Positions 26,983-38,399 of a stretch of 64,000 bases of DNA are shown piece after piece (within the stretch, counting starts at the first letter, position 1; each line of letters starts with the position of its first letter). The stretch is from NCBI RefSeq assembly GCF_001194135.2, contig NC_068993.1, forward strand, positions 36,002,999-36,066,998, given 5' to 3'. The notes below the pieces were generated by a model. The model had not been told where the DNA came from. It saw only the letters and a program-made list of their open reading frames with translations, and did not search any database. A program made the translations under genes and the position numbers. Source of the stretch: Octopus bimaculoides. Taxonomy: Eukaryota.

Positions 26983-28062
26983 CAGACAGACAGTTAATTA
27001 ATATCCAAGTAAAAACAGCGACACAAGCAGAAAAGAACTAGAAAGAACAAAGCCAGCAAATTTCTGCTGTGAAGAAAAAAAAAGGAAAATAATTCGATGT
27101 TTCGGAAATAGGTCCTTCGTCAAAAAGAAGGAAAGAAAAGAGCGGAAAATTGGAAAGAAAACACCTGGTTTTGGTTCAAAGAAACCAGATAGCATTGGAG
27201 TAAATAAACTAATATTTTAGCAAAAAGTAAATAGTTGTAACAGAAATATGCAAGCCAATTATTGGAGGGAAAATATGAGTGTGTGGGATATATATTGGTG
27301 TACAAGTAGTAGTGAAGCAGTTTGGCCGGCGCCATTTTTTAACTGTGTTTCCTTATACCCTGACTTTTTATAATGAGCTTGAATCAATTATATTTTTCCC
27401 ATCAAAAGTTCCTGCTTTGTGTTTAATTTAGAAACACTTTTTGCACTACTGTGCCTTTGATTACGCTTGTTCCATCTTCAAGGAAATATTCTGGAATGTT
27501 TTTTTTTTCTGTTCTTCCTTTATTTGTAGTTTCACTTCTTGGGTCGAAACAGTATTTTTCTGGTGGAATATGAAGGCAGTTTGTAAGAGTTGTCAGCACT
27601 TATCTTTTATCTCTAACTTTAGAACACAAATATCAACATCAAATTCAGATCTTTGCCTTTATAACTCCCTCAACCCTCTGCTCTCTCCAACTACCCCAAC
27701 CTTTTTTCCTCTTCAACTACCTCAAACAGCTGCATGTCTATAACTCCCTCAATAACATGCCTCTGTCCAAATCCTTCCTTTCATTTTTCACTCATTACAT
27801 CTTGTTATTCTAACTAATTCTCTGATGAAAATAATTAGTCTGTCTGTTAAATAAATGTATTGGCTAAAACCTTTAAGCAGAATACTTACGTGTCTGACAA
27901 CAGAACTGTCGCAGCTTGATACAACCTGAGTATTATCAGCTTCTTTAATATCCATAACCTCCAGTTGGGATATTAAAGGTATGCGTGGTAATTTTTAAGG
28001 TTCGATACTTAAATTATTTTATATCAATATTTTTGAATCACTACAGGTATTCTCAATTTCTT

Positions 28063-28101
<39 letters not shown>

Positions 28102-28394
28102 TTTGGTAGTAAAGTCCTTGAAGTTCTTTGTTCATATTCAGGAAATTGTCAGTCAGAGTGCAGTCATAATTTAGAGTTAATAGAAAAGGAATCAGATACG
28201 TAACCGGGTGAGGAATGCTTGAGACCAGATCCATTAAAATAATTCGGTATGGCGATTCTATCAGAGCCTGAGCAGATCGCCCTGAAAACGGACCCGAACA
28301 GATGCCAATGAGTTTCCAATACAGATAAAGGTTATATTGTATTCATGTATCATTTTTGCAGCATCGATTGATTTTAGACTGTCAAATCCTACGA

Positions 28395-28590
28395 AGATAC
28401 ACCTCAATATCTGTCCATAGGTATGTTTTGCCTCCACTTTCTGACTTTCTACCTCTACTGTAATGGCCTCTACTCCTCAGAACTAGTCTCGTACTTCCAC
28501 ATCTTAGGCACACTTGCCCCATTCGTATCTCCACCCCCCATCACTCTTGCTGCGTCCAACCCTCTTAGCTTGCACTAACCACTACACTCA
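28395..28590 (+). mobile_element. Short CR1/L2-type LINE fragment, same family as 29190-29640
   Basis: About 190 bp alignable with 29328-29516. Confidence 0.6.
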
Positions 28591-29189
28591 GATAGTGGTG
28601 AAAATAAAATGTTTTTTCCATATCACTTTGCGCCATTCTCAACGTACCTCCAATCTAATGCAATACGGCTCGCAAGAATGTATTGTAGAGACACAGGTAG
28701 AGATTTCCATTTACAAGTCGACAACTAATCTATATACACTACATGAGGCAGAATGGTTGAACAGCCATCCTCATATCATTAGTATGTACGTCCTCATATC
28801 ATTAGTATTACCGAATTACTGAAATGATTTGGAATGTCCCCATTTCCATTCATATCAATCCTTGTTTCTCGTCTGTTGGTGAGATTTATTCTTGTACAGA
28901 AGTAATGATGAAATATATTTTCAATGATTTACGTAATACTTTTTACGAAAATTTATTTTAGAATCTCTCTGTAGACTGTACACAGCCTGGTCAGGAATAT
29001 GCTAACTTTGATTACATCAAAGCTGACGGAAGTCAATATGTCAGAACTGTGATATTTGGAAGCCATGCTTGCAAATACACTCTATTGATCATAAACTGCA
29101 GAATTATTTTACAGAAGTTATAAATGCCTAACAAAGATCGCATCTAAAAGACTGGCCCTTCTCTTGGGAGTTAGAAAGTATTTCAATCC

Positions 29190-29640
29190 TTAACAGCTTT
29201 GGACACTCTACGAGGCTCGAGTAAGTTCTCCCACATCTAAGATGGTGCTGCTATGCACATAGACAACACACGATATGATCCGCGTCCAAAAAAGAACCAC
29301 TCGACTGATTGGCTTTCAGTAACTGACAGATACACCCCAGTATCTGTCCATAGGTATGTTTTGTCTCCACTTTCTGACTTTCTGTCTTTACTGTAATGGC
29401 CTCAGAACTGGTCTCGAACCTCCACATCTTAGGCACACCTGCCCCATTCGTATCACTACCCCCATCAATCTTGCTGCGTCCAACCCTCTTAGCTTGCACT
29501 AACCACTACACTCAGTCTTTCTTCATCCGAACGCCGGTCCATTGAACTTTTCAGATCTTCGCCCTGCTCATATTTTTCCTATGAATGTTGACCTGCAACT
29601 GCTTAAACATTTGCACTATCAAGCTCACCAGTCTCAGAAG
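29190..29640 (+). mobile_element. Decayed CR1/L2-type LINE 3' end
   Basis: Frameshifted SHI*DGAA, RVQKRTTRLIG, YCNGL and LRPAHIFPMNVDLQLLK resemble the RT C-terminus of CR1/L2-group LINEs. Confidence 0.6.
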
Positions 29641-30769
29641 GGCCTACAAAAATCTTAGGCATTGTTCCTTACTCCAAACTCAGTAAGTATTTAAAGAATT
29701 AGATATTTCAATACCGAATTGTTTAATGATTTGTTTAATCAAAGAAAGGTCTCAGTTTTGAATTAAATGTCTTTAAAGAAAATAGTTTTGAAAACAAAAG
29801 AAAATAATTTACATTTATATTCATTGATTTTCATTCATAAAGGAAATTTTACAATTCAAAATTGAAAGAAATGTCATTTTAATTGAATTTTAAAACGATT
29901 TATTGTTGTAATAAACGAACAAATTCCTTCCCTCTTTACTAAAATAAGCATTCGATTTACTATAAAGCAGAAACAGTGGCTGAGGTGCAATAAATTATAT
30001 TTGCCACAGACCGTCCTGAAATACAATATCGGAAAGTCTGGTAGCTCCAAAGACAGAGAACGTAGTCAAATATGGTGATATGGTTTTGTTTGTTTTGTTA
30101 GTTTTAGTGTAGATTAATGTTGTGTTAATCAATAAGATGAAATATTTATTTGTGATTTTTTTCAGGTGAAGATAAATTTGATGGATAAACGAAGAGAAAT
30201 CCGAAATGAACAGCAAACAATTTCTGCAGAAGAATCTGATAAGACTATTACATTTATCCGGTGTTCAAACCCAATAGCTATCTTTCATCTTTGATTTTCA
30301 GAAGACAAAATGGACAGGCAAAAAAAGGTGGGGAAAGAAAAAGTTAACGACGAATCAATGTACAGTCAATTGAAAGCGGATAAGTCTATAAAGGAAGAAA
30401 TATAAAAAGAGTTATAAATCGGTAGTATCCACCAAAAAGTAGTAGAGCTCAATGTTGAAGCACTTAGAGATACGCATCAATATATGTATGTATGTATANN
30501 NNNNNNNNNNNNNNNNNNNNNNNNNNNNNNNNNNNNNNNNNNNNNNNNNNNNNNNNNNNNNNNNNNNNNNNNNNNNNNNNNNNNNNNNNNNNNNNNNNNN
30601 NNNNNNNNNNNNNNNNNNNNNNNNNNNNNNNNNNNNNNNNNNNNNNNNNNNNNNNNNNNNNNNNNNNNNNNNNNNNNNNNNNNNNNNNNNNNNNNNNNNN
30701 NNNNNNNNNNNNNNNNNNNNNNNNNNNNNNNNNNATCTATATATACAAAGAGAGAGTGGGGAGGAGAGA

Positions 30770-30990
30770 GACTTTTCTCTCTAATATTTACATCCCATTA
30801 TTTGGCAGAATCATTAGCACACCGGACAAATGTTTAGCGGCATTTCACTCGTTTTACGTTCTAAATTCAAATTCTTTGAAGGTTGACTTTACCTTTCATT
30901 CTTTCAGGGTCGATAAAATAAATACCAGTCAAGTAATACGGTCGATTTAATCGACTTTCCTCCTCTTAAAAAATAACTAGTTCTGTGCAA
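30770..30990 (+). mobile_element. tRNA-derived SINE (MetaSINE-like core)
   Basis: ggcagaatcattagcac head, ttcaaattc B-box-like motif, cctttcattctttcagggtcgataaaataaataccag core. Confidence 0.8.
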
Positions 30991-31074
30991 AAACTTGTAA
31001 CTATTACTTAAAGCTTTCTGTATGTTTCGAGATCCGCTATTCCTAAAAACAATTATTTCATGTTCTCACGAAAT

Positions 31075-31556
31075 GCTCTTCCTACAGCAGTAAGAGTATT
31101 TTAACTCTTATTTCTAGCGATGTAGGTGCTTCGACACCCTCAGTCACACTTAGCGACGATTGATAATTTCCTTTATGGTACGACATTGCACCTAGCTGTT
31201 TATATTAATATTTTATATACACATTAGCATTCCGCTAACTCACCCATAAATTATAATAAATACATATATGCTAACAGGCGGAATTAGCAGTACATGTGCC
31301 ATTCGAGCAGTCCTCACTGACGATGCCTACAGAATAGGCGAAACTAGATGTTTAGTCTAAAGATTTTCGAGTCGGTCATGTGTTGGCTAGCTCACCTTTC
31401 AGTATGTGTGCATACATATGCGCTCTTCCTACAGTATTAAGTGTATTTTAACTCTTTATTTCTAACAATGTAGGTGCTTCGGTACCCTCAGTAACACTTA
31501 GTGACGATTGAATTTTTCCTGTATGGTATCACGTTGCGCCCAGCTGTTTATATTAA
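31075..31556 (+). mobile_element. Retrozyme-like unit 1: 347-bp period, about 134-bp direct repeats, internal hammerhead
   Basis: Repeats at 31075-31208 and 31422-31556 (gctcttcctacag...gctgtttatattaa) flank the hammerhead at 31301-31372; no ORF; followed by (GT)n. Confidence 0.7.
31301..31372 (+). ncRNA. Type I hammerhead ribozyme with canonical catalytic core
   Basis: CUGACGA (31317-31323), extra U, stem II GCCUA/UAGGC with loop CAGAA, GAAA (31340-31343), stem III ACUAG/UUAGU with loop AUGU, GUC with C17 at 31357. Stem I 31301-31316/31358-31372 has two A.C mismatches and one bulge. Confidence 0.8.
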
Positions 31557-31570
31557 CTGCGTGCGTGTGC

Positions 31571-31644
<74 letters not shown>

Positions 31645-32264
31645 ATAGTTCGGCTCCTGACAACAGAGGCACCTGAAACAATTAGTAAAAGTGTGATACA
31701 AGGTCCCAGCTCATACTCCCTTGCAAATGACTACTTTGGCTATGTATCCCTGCGTGAGTATGCATGTGTGATGATATCTATGTTTATAACTGTTTATTCA
31801 TGTCCCATTACTTTGAGAGATCAATAAAATAAATACCAATCATTAAAATAACTACAAGATACGATATAATTGACTTAACCCCTAAAAGCGGTACCGATAA
31901 TGTATTTTAGCAACCCCAAGGAAGGCAAGTTGGTGACAGGTGAAATAAGAATGTTTTTCGTGGCTTGGGGTTTTGACTGCCCTTTTTAGTATGTAAGAAG
32001 ACCATTTAATGGTCTTCTCTTCGTGTATAAATTTTTATACACTCATATACATATATACATATATATATAAGTTTCAGCCATTGGACTGCGCTCCATACTG
32101 GAGCACCACCTTGAAAGGTTTAGTCGAAATAATCGATCTCCAGTGCACATTGTTTTTTAATCCGATACTTATTCTATGTTTCTTTGGCTGGACGTAAGCA
32201 AACCGACACCGGTTGTCAAGAGCTGGTGACGACAATTACACACACACTTACACACAGACATATA

Positions 32265-33314
32265 TTGGGTCATTCCATTAATGTGGGGGGTTTTTTCAAT
32301 TGCTTGAGCTAAAAGTCGGAGGGGGACGGGATACTTTGTCCTTATTCTTAGTGCTACTTTTAAAGAGTGAAGTTCGATTTTAACAGTTATTTTTTCAAAG
32401 CTATAATGGAAGTGACAAAGGAGCATCATATTCGGCATATTTTGCTTTATGAGTTCAATAAAGGCAAAAACGCAACGGAAAGAGCGAGGAATATTAAATG
32501 CAGTATATGGAGATCGGACAATAAGCATAAGCTAGTGTCAACGGTGGTTACAGCAATTCCGAGCTGGAAACTACAGCCTAGAAGATGTATTCCTCACAAA
32601 CTTTCAGAGTTTGATCGCGCTCAGGGATTGAATGTGTGCTCTTCTTTGCTGTCACGTCTCACGAATGAACCTTTTTTGGACCCAATAATGACCGGTGACG
32701 AAAAATGGGTTCTCTACAAAAATGTCAAGTGCTGAAGACAGTGAGTAGGGAAAGGAGAAACAACGGCACCCTAAGCTAAAGGTCTTCACACACGTAAGGT
32801 GTTGTTATCTGTTTGGTGGGATATGAAAGATTTAGTCCACTTTGAACTTTTAAACCCAAACCAAACGATAACAAAGATCTACTGCGAACAGCTTGAGCGA
32901 CATAAGTCAGCGTTGGAAGAAAAACGACTATCTTTGTTTTCAAGATGAAAGGTGTTCTTCCGTCGGCTATATACAGCGAGGATGACATTTCAAAGGTTGG
33001 AGCAGTTCGAATGGGGAATGATGCTACAGCCACCATATCGCCCCATCTGATTATCATTTATTCCGCAATCTTCAAAATCATTTGGACGGAAAAAATATGA
33101 ATTCTGTAAACGAGGTCAAAACAGTACTGGAGGAGTATTTTTCGTCATAGACAAGTGAATTTTGGAAGAGGGGCCTTGCAATTCTACAAGATAGATGGAA
33201 GAGCATCGTAGAAAATGAAGGAGAGTATACTTTAGATTAAAAAGAATTTTGCTTATCTTAATTTTGAAAAATAAAAGAAGTTTAAAAAGCCGCATTATTT
33301 ATGGGATGACCCAA
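32265..33314 (+). mobile_element. Mariner DNA transposon, both TIRs present, internally deleted transposase pseudogene (ATG 32406 to TAA 33240)
   Basis: TA-flanked TIRs TTGGGTCATTCCAT and ATGGGATGACCCAA; motifs IRHILLYEF, IPHKLS, MTGDEKWVLY, VLLSVWWD, RWKSIVENEGEY; stops and frameshifts. Confidence 0.92.
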
Positions 33315-33329
33315 TATATGTATATAACC

Positions 33330-33470
33330 GACGGGCTTCCATATACTAAATTCACTTATAAGGTATTGGTCAGCCCGAGGCTATAGTAAAAGATAATTGA
33401 TCAAGTTACCGGGCCGGATTGAACCCGAAATCATTTAGATGCAAAGCGAGCTTCTTACCACACATCTATG
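33330..33470 (-). mobile_element. SINE, family shared with 36445-36600, 48615-48770, 50770-50900 and 62600-62735
   Basis: Shared motif ccaaattcactcacaagg..ttggtc..gctatagtagaagac..ccaagg..gaaccc. Confidence 0.7.
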
Positions 33471-34814
33471 CCTTTAAATATTAAAGTCTCTTGGTGTATA
33501 GTTATGGTCATGATCTTCACTAATCAATTATATTTCAGAAACCCAATAACAGAATTTTTATACAAAATATATAGAACATGGAGTATAATAATGAAGTATG
33601 TTATTTTTGCTTTGTAGTAAAACTTTATTGTTGCCTATAGTTTCTATATAAATTCAGATCAGTCTTAATCAAACAAATAAACGTGGTTGAAAGCGACCCA
33701 GCCATGACCATCACATCCTTCTCTATATCTAGGATTACATGACGAAGTAACTTGTATTCTTTTTATTTCCAGGATGGTAGAGAAGATGGCTGCTATTTCG
33801 AGGTCAAGCGACCACGTAGAAGCTCCGCTGTTTTCTTAATGTTACGATTGCGTGATCTAAACGGGTAATGTTTACACCATATAACGTGAAGGCGCATAGC
33901 TTAGTGTTTAGGGTTTTGGGCCCTTGATCATAAGGTCGTGGGTACGATTCACTGCGTATTACACCCTTAAGAAAAGTACTCCATTTCACGTTGCTCTGAA
34001 GTGAGTACTAACTGAATGCTTGTTACCCTCCCTACAACTGTAACGATGTAGATGTTCCATTTCAACAAGGGTGAGACGGTCTGTGTGTCTTCTCGACTAT
34101 ACTGGCACCTAAAACAATTAGTGAACGCTCTCATTTAGCGACCTCTCCATGGATATTTTTGTTAAACTCGTTAACTTGATAATTGGTATTTTTTATCTGA
34201 GGTCGTTTGTTGAAGCGAAGAAAAATGTATTGTGATGTAATTAAAACTATCTTAACCGTCAATAGCAAGTGAATGTAACATGGTAGAATGTATGCTTTCG
34301 TAACTTTCACTTGCTAGTAGCCACAAGCATGCACGATGCTTTCGTAATGTCGTACATGCTACTAAATCACACTCTCTTGCTATTGATGGCTATGGTGTTT
34401 ATGATTATATCACGACACATCTTTTCTACTTTCAACAAACGATCTCGAGTCAAAAATATTTCTTTGTGCATACAGTTACAACAAACACCATTTAACAAGT
34501 TTATTTCAGTAATAGCCTTAGAGAGATTGTGAGGCAGAAGAACCCAGTAAACAAACCACCACAGCAACAATAAAAATCGATGTTATAAAATAGGTAGTCT
34601 ATGGTATTTCTCGAACATATAAAGTGAATTTACTTATTTTCCGGCTGAAGAATTCAGTAAAACTCGAATGTAAACGATAAACTCTTTAGATGGCAATTCA
34701 AACAGTAAATATTCTTGTACTCTTAAATGTCAACTTTTAAGAAAGAAGCAATTTTATTGTTCTTGCTTATAAAAAGAGGATTATTAAATATCAATATGTT
34801 TGGGTCTGAGAGTC

Positions 34815-35140
34815 TCAGCTGATGATGATAAGGGCGGAGATGGTGGCAATGATGATGGAGGCAATGATGATGGTTGTTATGGGGATGGTGGTAGTGCAGA
34901 CTGTGGTAGAGATGGTGGGGATGACGACGGTGGTGGGAGGGTGAACGTGGTGGGGGAGCGTGGAGATGGTGAAAGTGATGGAGTGTGTAGGCGGTAATGA
35001 TGATGGTCGGGATGGTAATGATGATGAGGATGATAATGGTGGTGATGATGTTGGCGGTAGTGGTAATGATGGAGGTGGTGATGATGATAATGGTGGTGAT
35101 GATGATGATAGTTGTGGTAATGGTAATGATGATAATGCCG
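34815..35140. repeat. Cryptic GGT/GAT trinucleotide low-complexity tract
   Basis: Mixed GAT/GGT/GGC triplets; yields spurious Gly/Asp- and Met/Val-rich ORFs. Confidence 0.85.
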
Positions 35141-35596
35141 TCACTGCTGTTCTTGTTTAACCATAGGATGAGCTCTGATCAAGATGACCTACGATCCTCA
35201 ACGCTACAACCATAACCTTCCCATCTTTTTTTTTTTTTTTTGTATATCTTCATAGGACTACTTATTTCAGTGTGTACTTTCCTTTTTTCTTTCTTTCTGT
35301 AAGACGTAAGGGCTATTATTTCTAGCAGGTCGATAGACCACATACAGCTTCCTTCAGTACCTGGGGGTCAATAAGGGTTAATATTATTTGCAATTGACAT
35401 ATTTGTTACATCATCTCCATTTCTACGACAATTAAGCTTCGATGGTTAAGTCCATTTATTTGTAAATATGTACCAATGCTTTTTACAACTCACCGTTATC
35501 AATAGTGGGAGCACTGTATAATTGCTAACTGTAATGTGAGTCTGCAATACTCAACTGACTATACCCATAATAGTATGAGTGCAATATAAGTGTAAA

Positions 35597-35929
35597 GGTG
35601 CATGGCTGAGTGATTAGAGCGTCGGACTCACAATCACGAGGTAGTGAGTTCGATTCCCGGACCGGCCTGTGTGTTATGTTCTTCAGCAAGATACTTTAAT
35701 TTTACGTTGCTCCAGTTCACTCAGCTCCAGAAAGGAGTTGCGACGTCACTGGTGCCAAGGTGTATCGGCCCCTTTGCCTTTCCCTTGGATAACATTTGTG
35801 GTGTGGAGAGGGGAGGCTGATATGCACGGGTGACTGCTAGTCTTCTATAAACAACTTTGTCCAGACTTGTGCCCCAAAGGGTAACTTTCTAGGTGCAAAC
35901 CCATGGCCCTTCATAACCGAAAAGGGTCC
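35597..35929 (+). mobile_element. tRNA-derived SINE (Nin/Deu-like central core)
   Basis: TGGCTGAGTG A-box-like and GTTCGATTCCC B-box-like motifs, core gtgttatgttcttcagcaagatacttt; AATATAAGT near both flanks. Confidence 0.85.
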
Positions 35930-36209
35930 TAAATATAAGTAAAACAAAAGGTGAAATACGACCGAAGTATGTATTAAGGATAGAAAATATCGTTAGCCAG
36001 TGAGTAATCTATTTTGTTTCGTCACAGGACTGCGGCTATGTTGGGGTACCGCCCTGAAGAGTATCACCGAACAAATCGACGCCAGCACTTGCTTTGTTTC
36101 AGTTTGGTACTTTTGTGGGAAATTAAACAAATCAACACGGGTGTCAAGTGGTGGTGGTGACGCCCCTTATATATATATATAGAGAGAGAAAGGCTTCCAC
36201 ACAGTTTCT

Positions 36210-36442
36210 TATTTCTTTATTGCCCACAAAGGGCTAAACATTGAGGGGACAAACAAGGACAGACAAAGGGGTTAAGTCGATTACATCGACCCCAGTGTGT
36301 AACTGGTACTCAATTTATTGACCCCGAAAGGATGAAAGGCAAAGTCGACCTCGGCGGAATTTGAACTCAGAACGTAATGGCAGACGAAATACCGCTAAGC
36401 ATTTCACCCGGCGTGTTAACGTTTCTGCCAACTCGCCGCCTT
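36210..36442 (-). mobile_element. tRNA-derived SINE (MetaSINE-like core), near full length
   Basis: Minus: ggcggcgagttggcagaaacgttaac..gagttcaaattcc..gcctttcatcctttcggggtcaataaattgagtaccag. Confidence 0.88.
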
Positions 36443-37231
36443 GTTTCCTCACAGTTTCTGTCTACCAAATTCACTGACATGGCATTGGTCAGTCCAGGAC
36501 CATAGTAGTAGACACTTATCCAATGTGCCATGCTGTGGAACTGTATCCGAATTTTCGTGGATACAAAACAAGTTTCTTAACCATACATCTATGCCCGCGC
36601 TTACATTTCTTTTTAATTTTTACTCCAGCAAGCGTGGGAAACAACTCTGCATATTGAAACTCACTTCCTCGGTGAAAGTTTTCTTCCGCCGAAATTTACT
36701 GAAGCAGAAACCAAACGAATTTCTAAGTACCTTATATGATGGTATGTAAGAATTTTTTATTTTAAAAATGCCTCAAAAAATCAACTCGGGTCCTATATAC
36801 GATTTAGGTGCATCTTACACACTTGTGCGTCTTTTTACCCCGCATCATCACTCTGTCGTAATTAATACAAGGAACTAGAACGGGACGGCGAATAAAGAAA
36901 AAATGGTGTTCCGACCTTCAAAATTATGAATCCTCACCGAGGTACTGCTTCAAGAAGGATGAACTTTCTCACTCATCGAAATTGAGACCAGCAAAATAGC
37001 GCAATTGAGTTACTGATAATACTCCCTAATATACATTACTAGGGCAGTCAATCTATCACTGATTGATACATCGAATTAGAATTAAACAATTCTCAATTAC
37101 AACTGTCAACTTGCTTTATTTCCAATGTCTCTTTATTACATTTCTTGAACGTATGCACGTTCTTCATACTTGCACACACACGTGCGCACACACATACACA
37201 CAAACACAAACTTCCACACGCTCGCTCAAAC

Positions 37232-37269
<38 letters not shown>

Positions 37270-37722
37270 TCTCTTTCAGGAAGTGTCAAACAGTTTTTGT
37301 ATCTATCTCAATTGCATGAAATACATGTTGATTGAATTTTAAAGCACTTGATTGATTGACTGATTGATTGATTGTTACTTGTGATGATATCGATTTTATC
37401 GATTTACGAAGAATCACAGAAAACTTAATAGGTACGCACACGTTTGGGTTTACATGTGCGTGCAGCGGTGTTTGTATCCATGTATATGTGAGTGTGTGCG
37501 AGCATAATTTTCTATATGTATATACACAAGTAGATAGTTCGATATATATATATATATATATATTTAAAAAATAACGTCGACCACTAACGTGGACAATTAA
37601 TGCGCTAGAAATAGATCACATCTTGTGTCTATTTCTGAATCTCTTTGATTCTTTAAATGTGCTGGCCTCCTGATAATTAATCGATATTAATTAATATATG
37701 AATAATTATCAGATTTTATAAT

Positions 37723-37776
<54 letters not shown>

Positions 37777-38399
37777 TATGTGTGTGTGAGTGTGTGTGTG
37801 TATGTATGTATGTATGTATGTATGTATATCCTTATAAAAAAACAATGTTCGTTTCGACGTTGACCACTGAAAATACCAAACAAAATTGATATTTCAGGCT
37901 TTGCGTATCATGTAAATAAATTTCACCATTCTGCAGATAACTGTGCACTTATTTTCCGAAAAGAGAATGTGGGGGTCGAGTTGGTGGTGTATTGGCTCCT
38001 ATTTCTAGCAATCCACGTACTGTCTAATTCACTGTAATGCCTTTTTACGGAGTGAAAAAATACACCACCTATCACTCAATTCACCTCCAACTTTCTCTAA
38101 GTTTATGCATTACATTTATTCCTTCGAAGTCACCGCTGGACTTCTGTTTTCTCTCTGTCTATACGTCCCTCTTTATGTCTCTATCTCTCCCACTGTCTCT
38201 CACTCTCCCTCTCTTGTTGTATATGTGTCTCTCTCTCGCTACCACTACCTCCTTTTCTCTCTAGAGAAAAAATACGTGAGACAGATAAAGAGTGTGTTAG
38301 GGAGAAAAAACAAGTGAGACAGAGAAGGGAAGAGACAGAAGACAGACATATGTATATGGAATACATCTGAGCAACGTACAGACCAGACTGAAGTCCGGG

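Noticed and set aside
28395-29516. About 190-bp direct repeats 930 bp apart, suggesting a TRIM or mini-LTR element
   Set aside because: The second copy is embedded in a longer CR1/L2-type LINE 3' fragment. No PBS, PPT or TSD is seen and the first copy lacks a TG start, so two LINE fragments explain it.
30010-30290. Two candidate splice acceptors (30009, 30165) followed by short open frames
   Set aside because: Joining through the available GT donors gives immediate stops and there is no recognisable homology; non-coding exons cannot be excluded without RNA data.
34800-35215. Gly/Asp-rich ORFs as a structural protein
   Set aside because: Explained by a cryptic trinucleotide repeat that is open in several frames on both strands.
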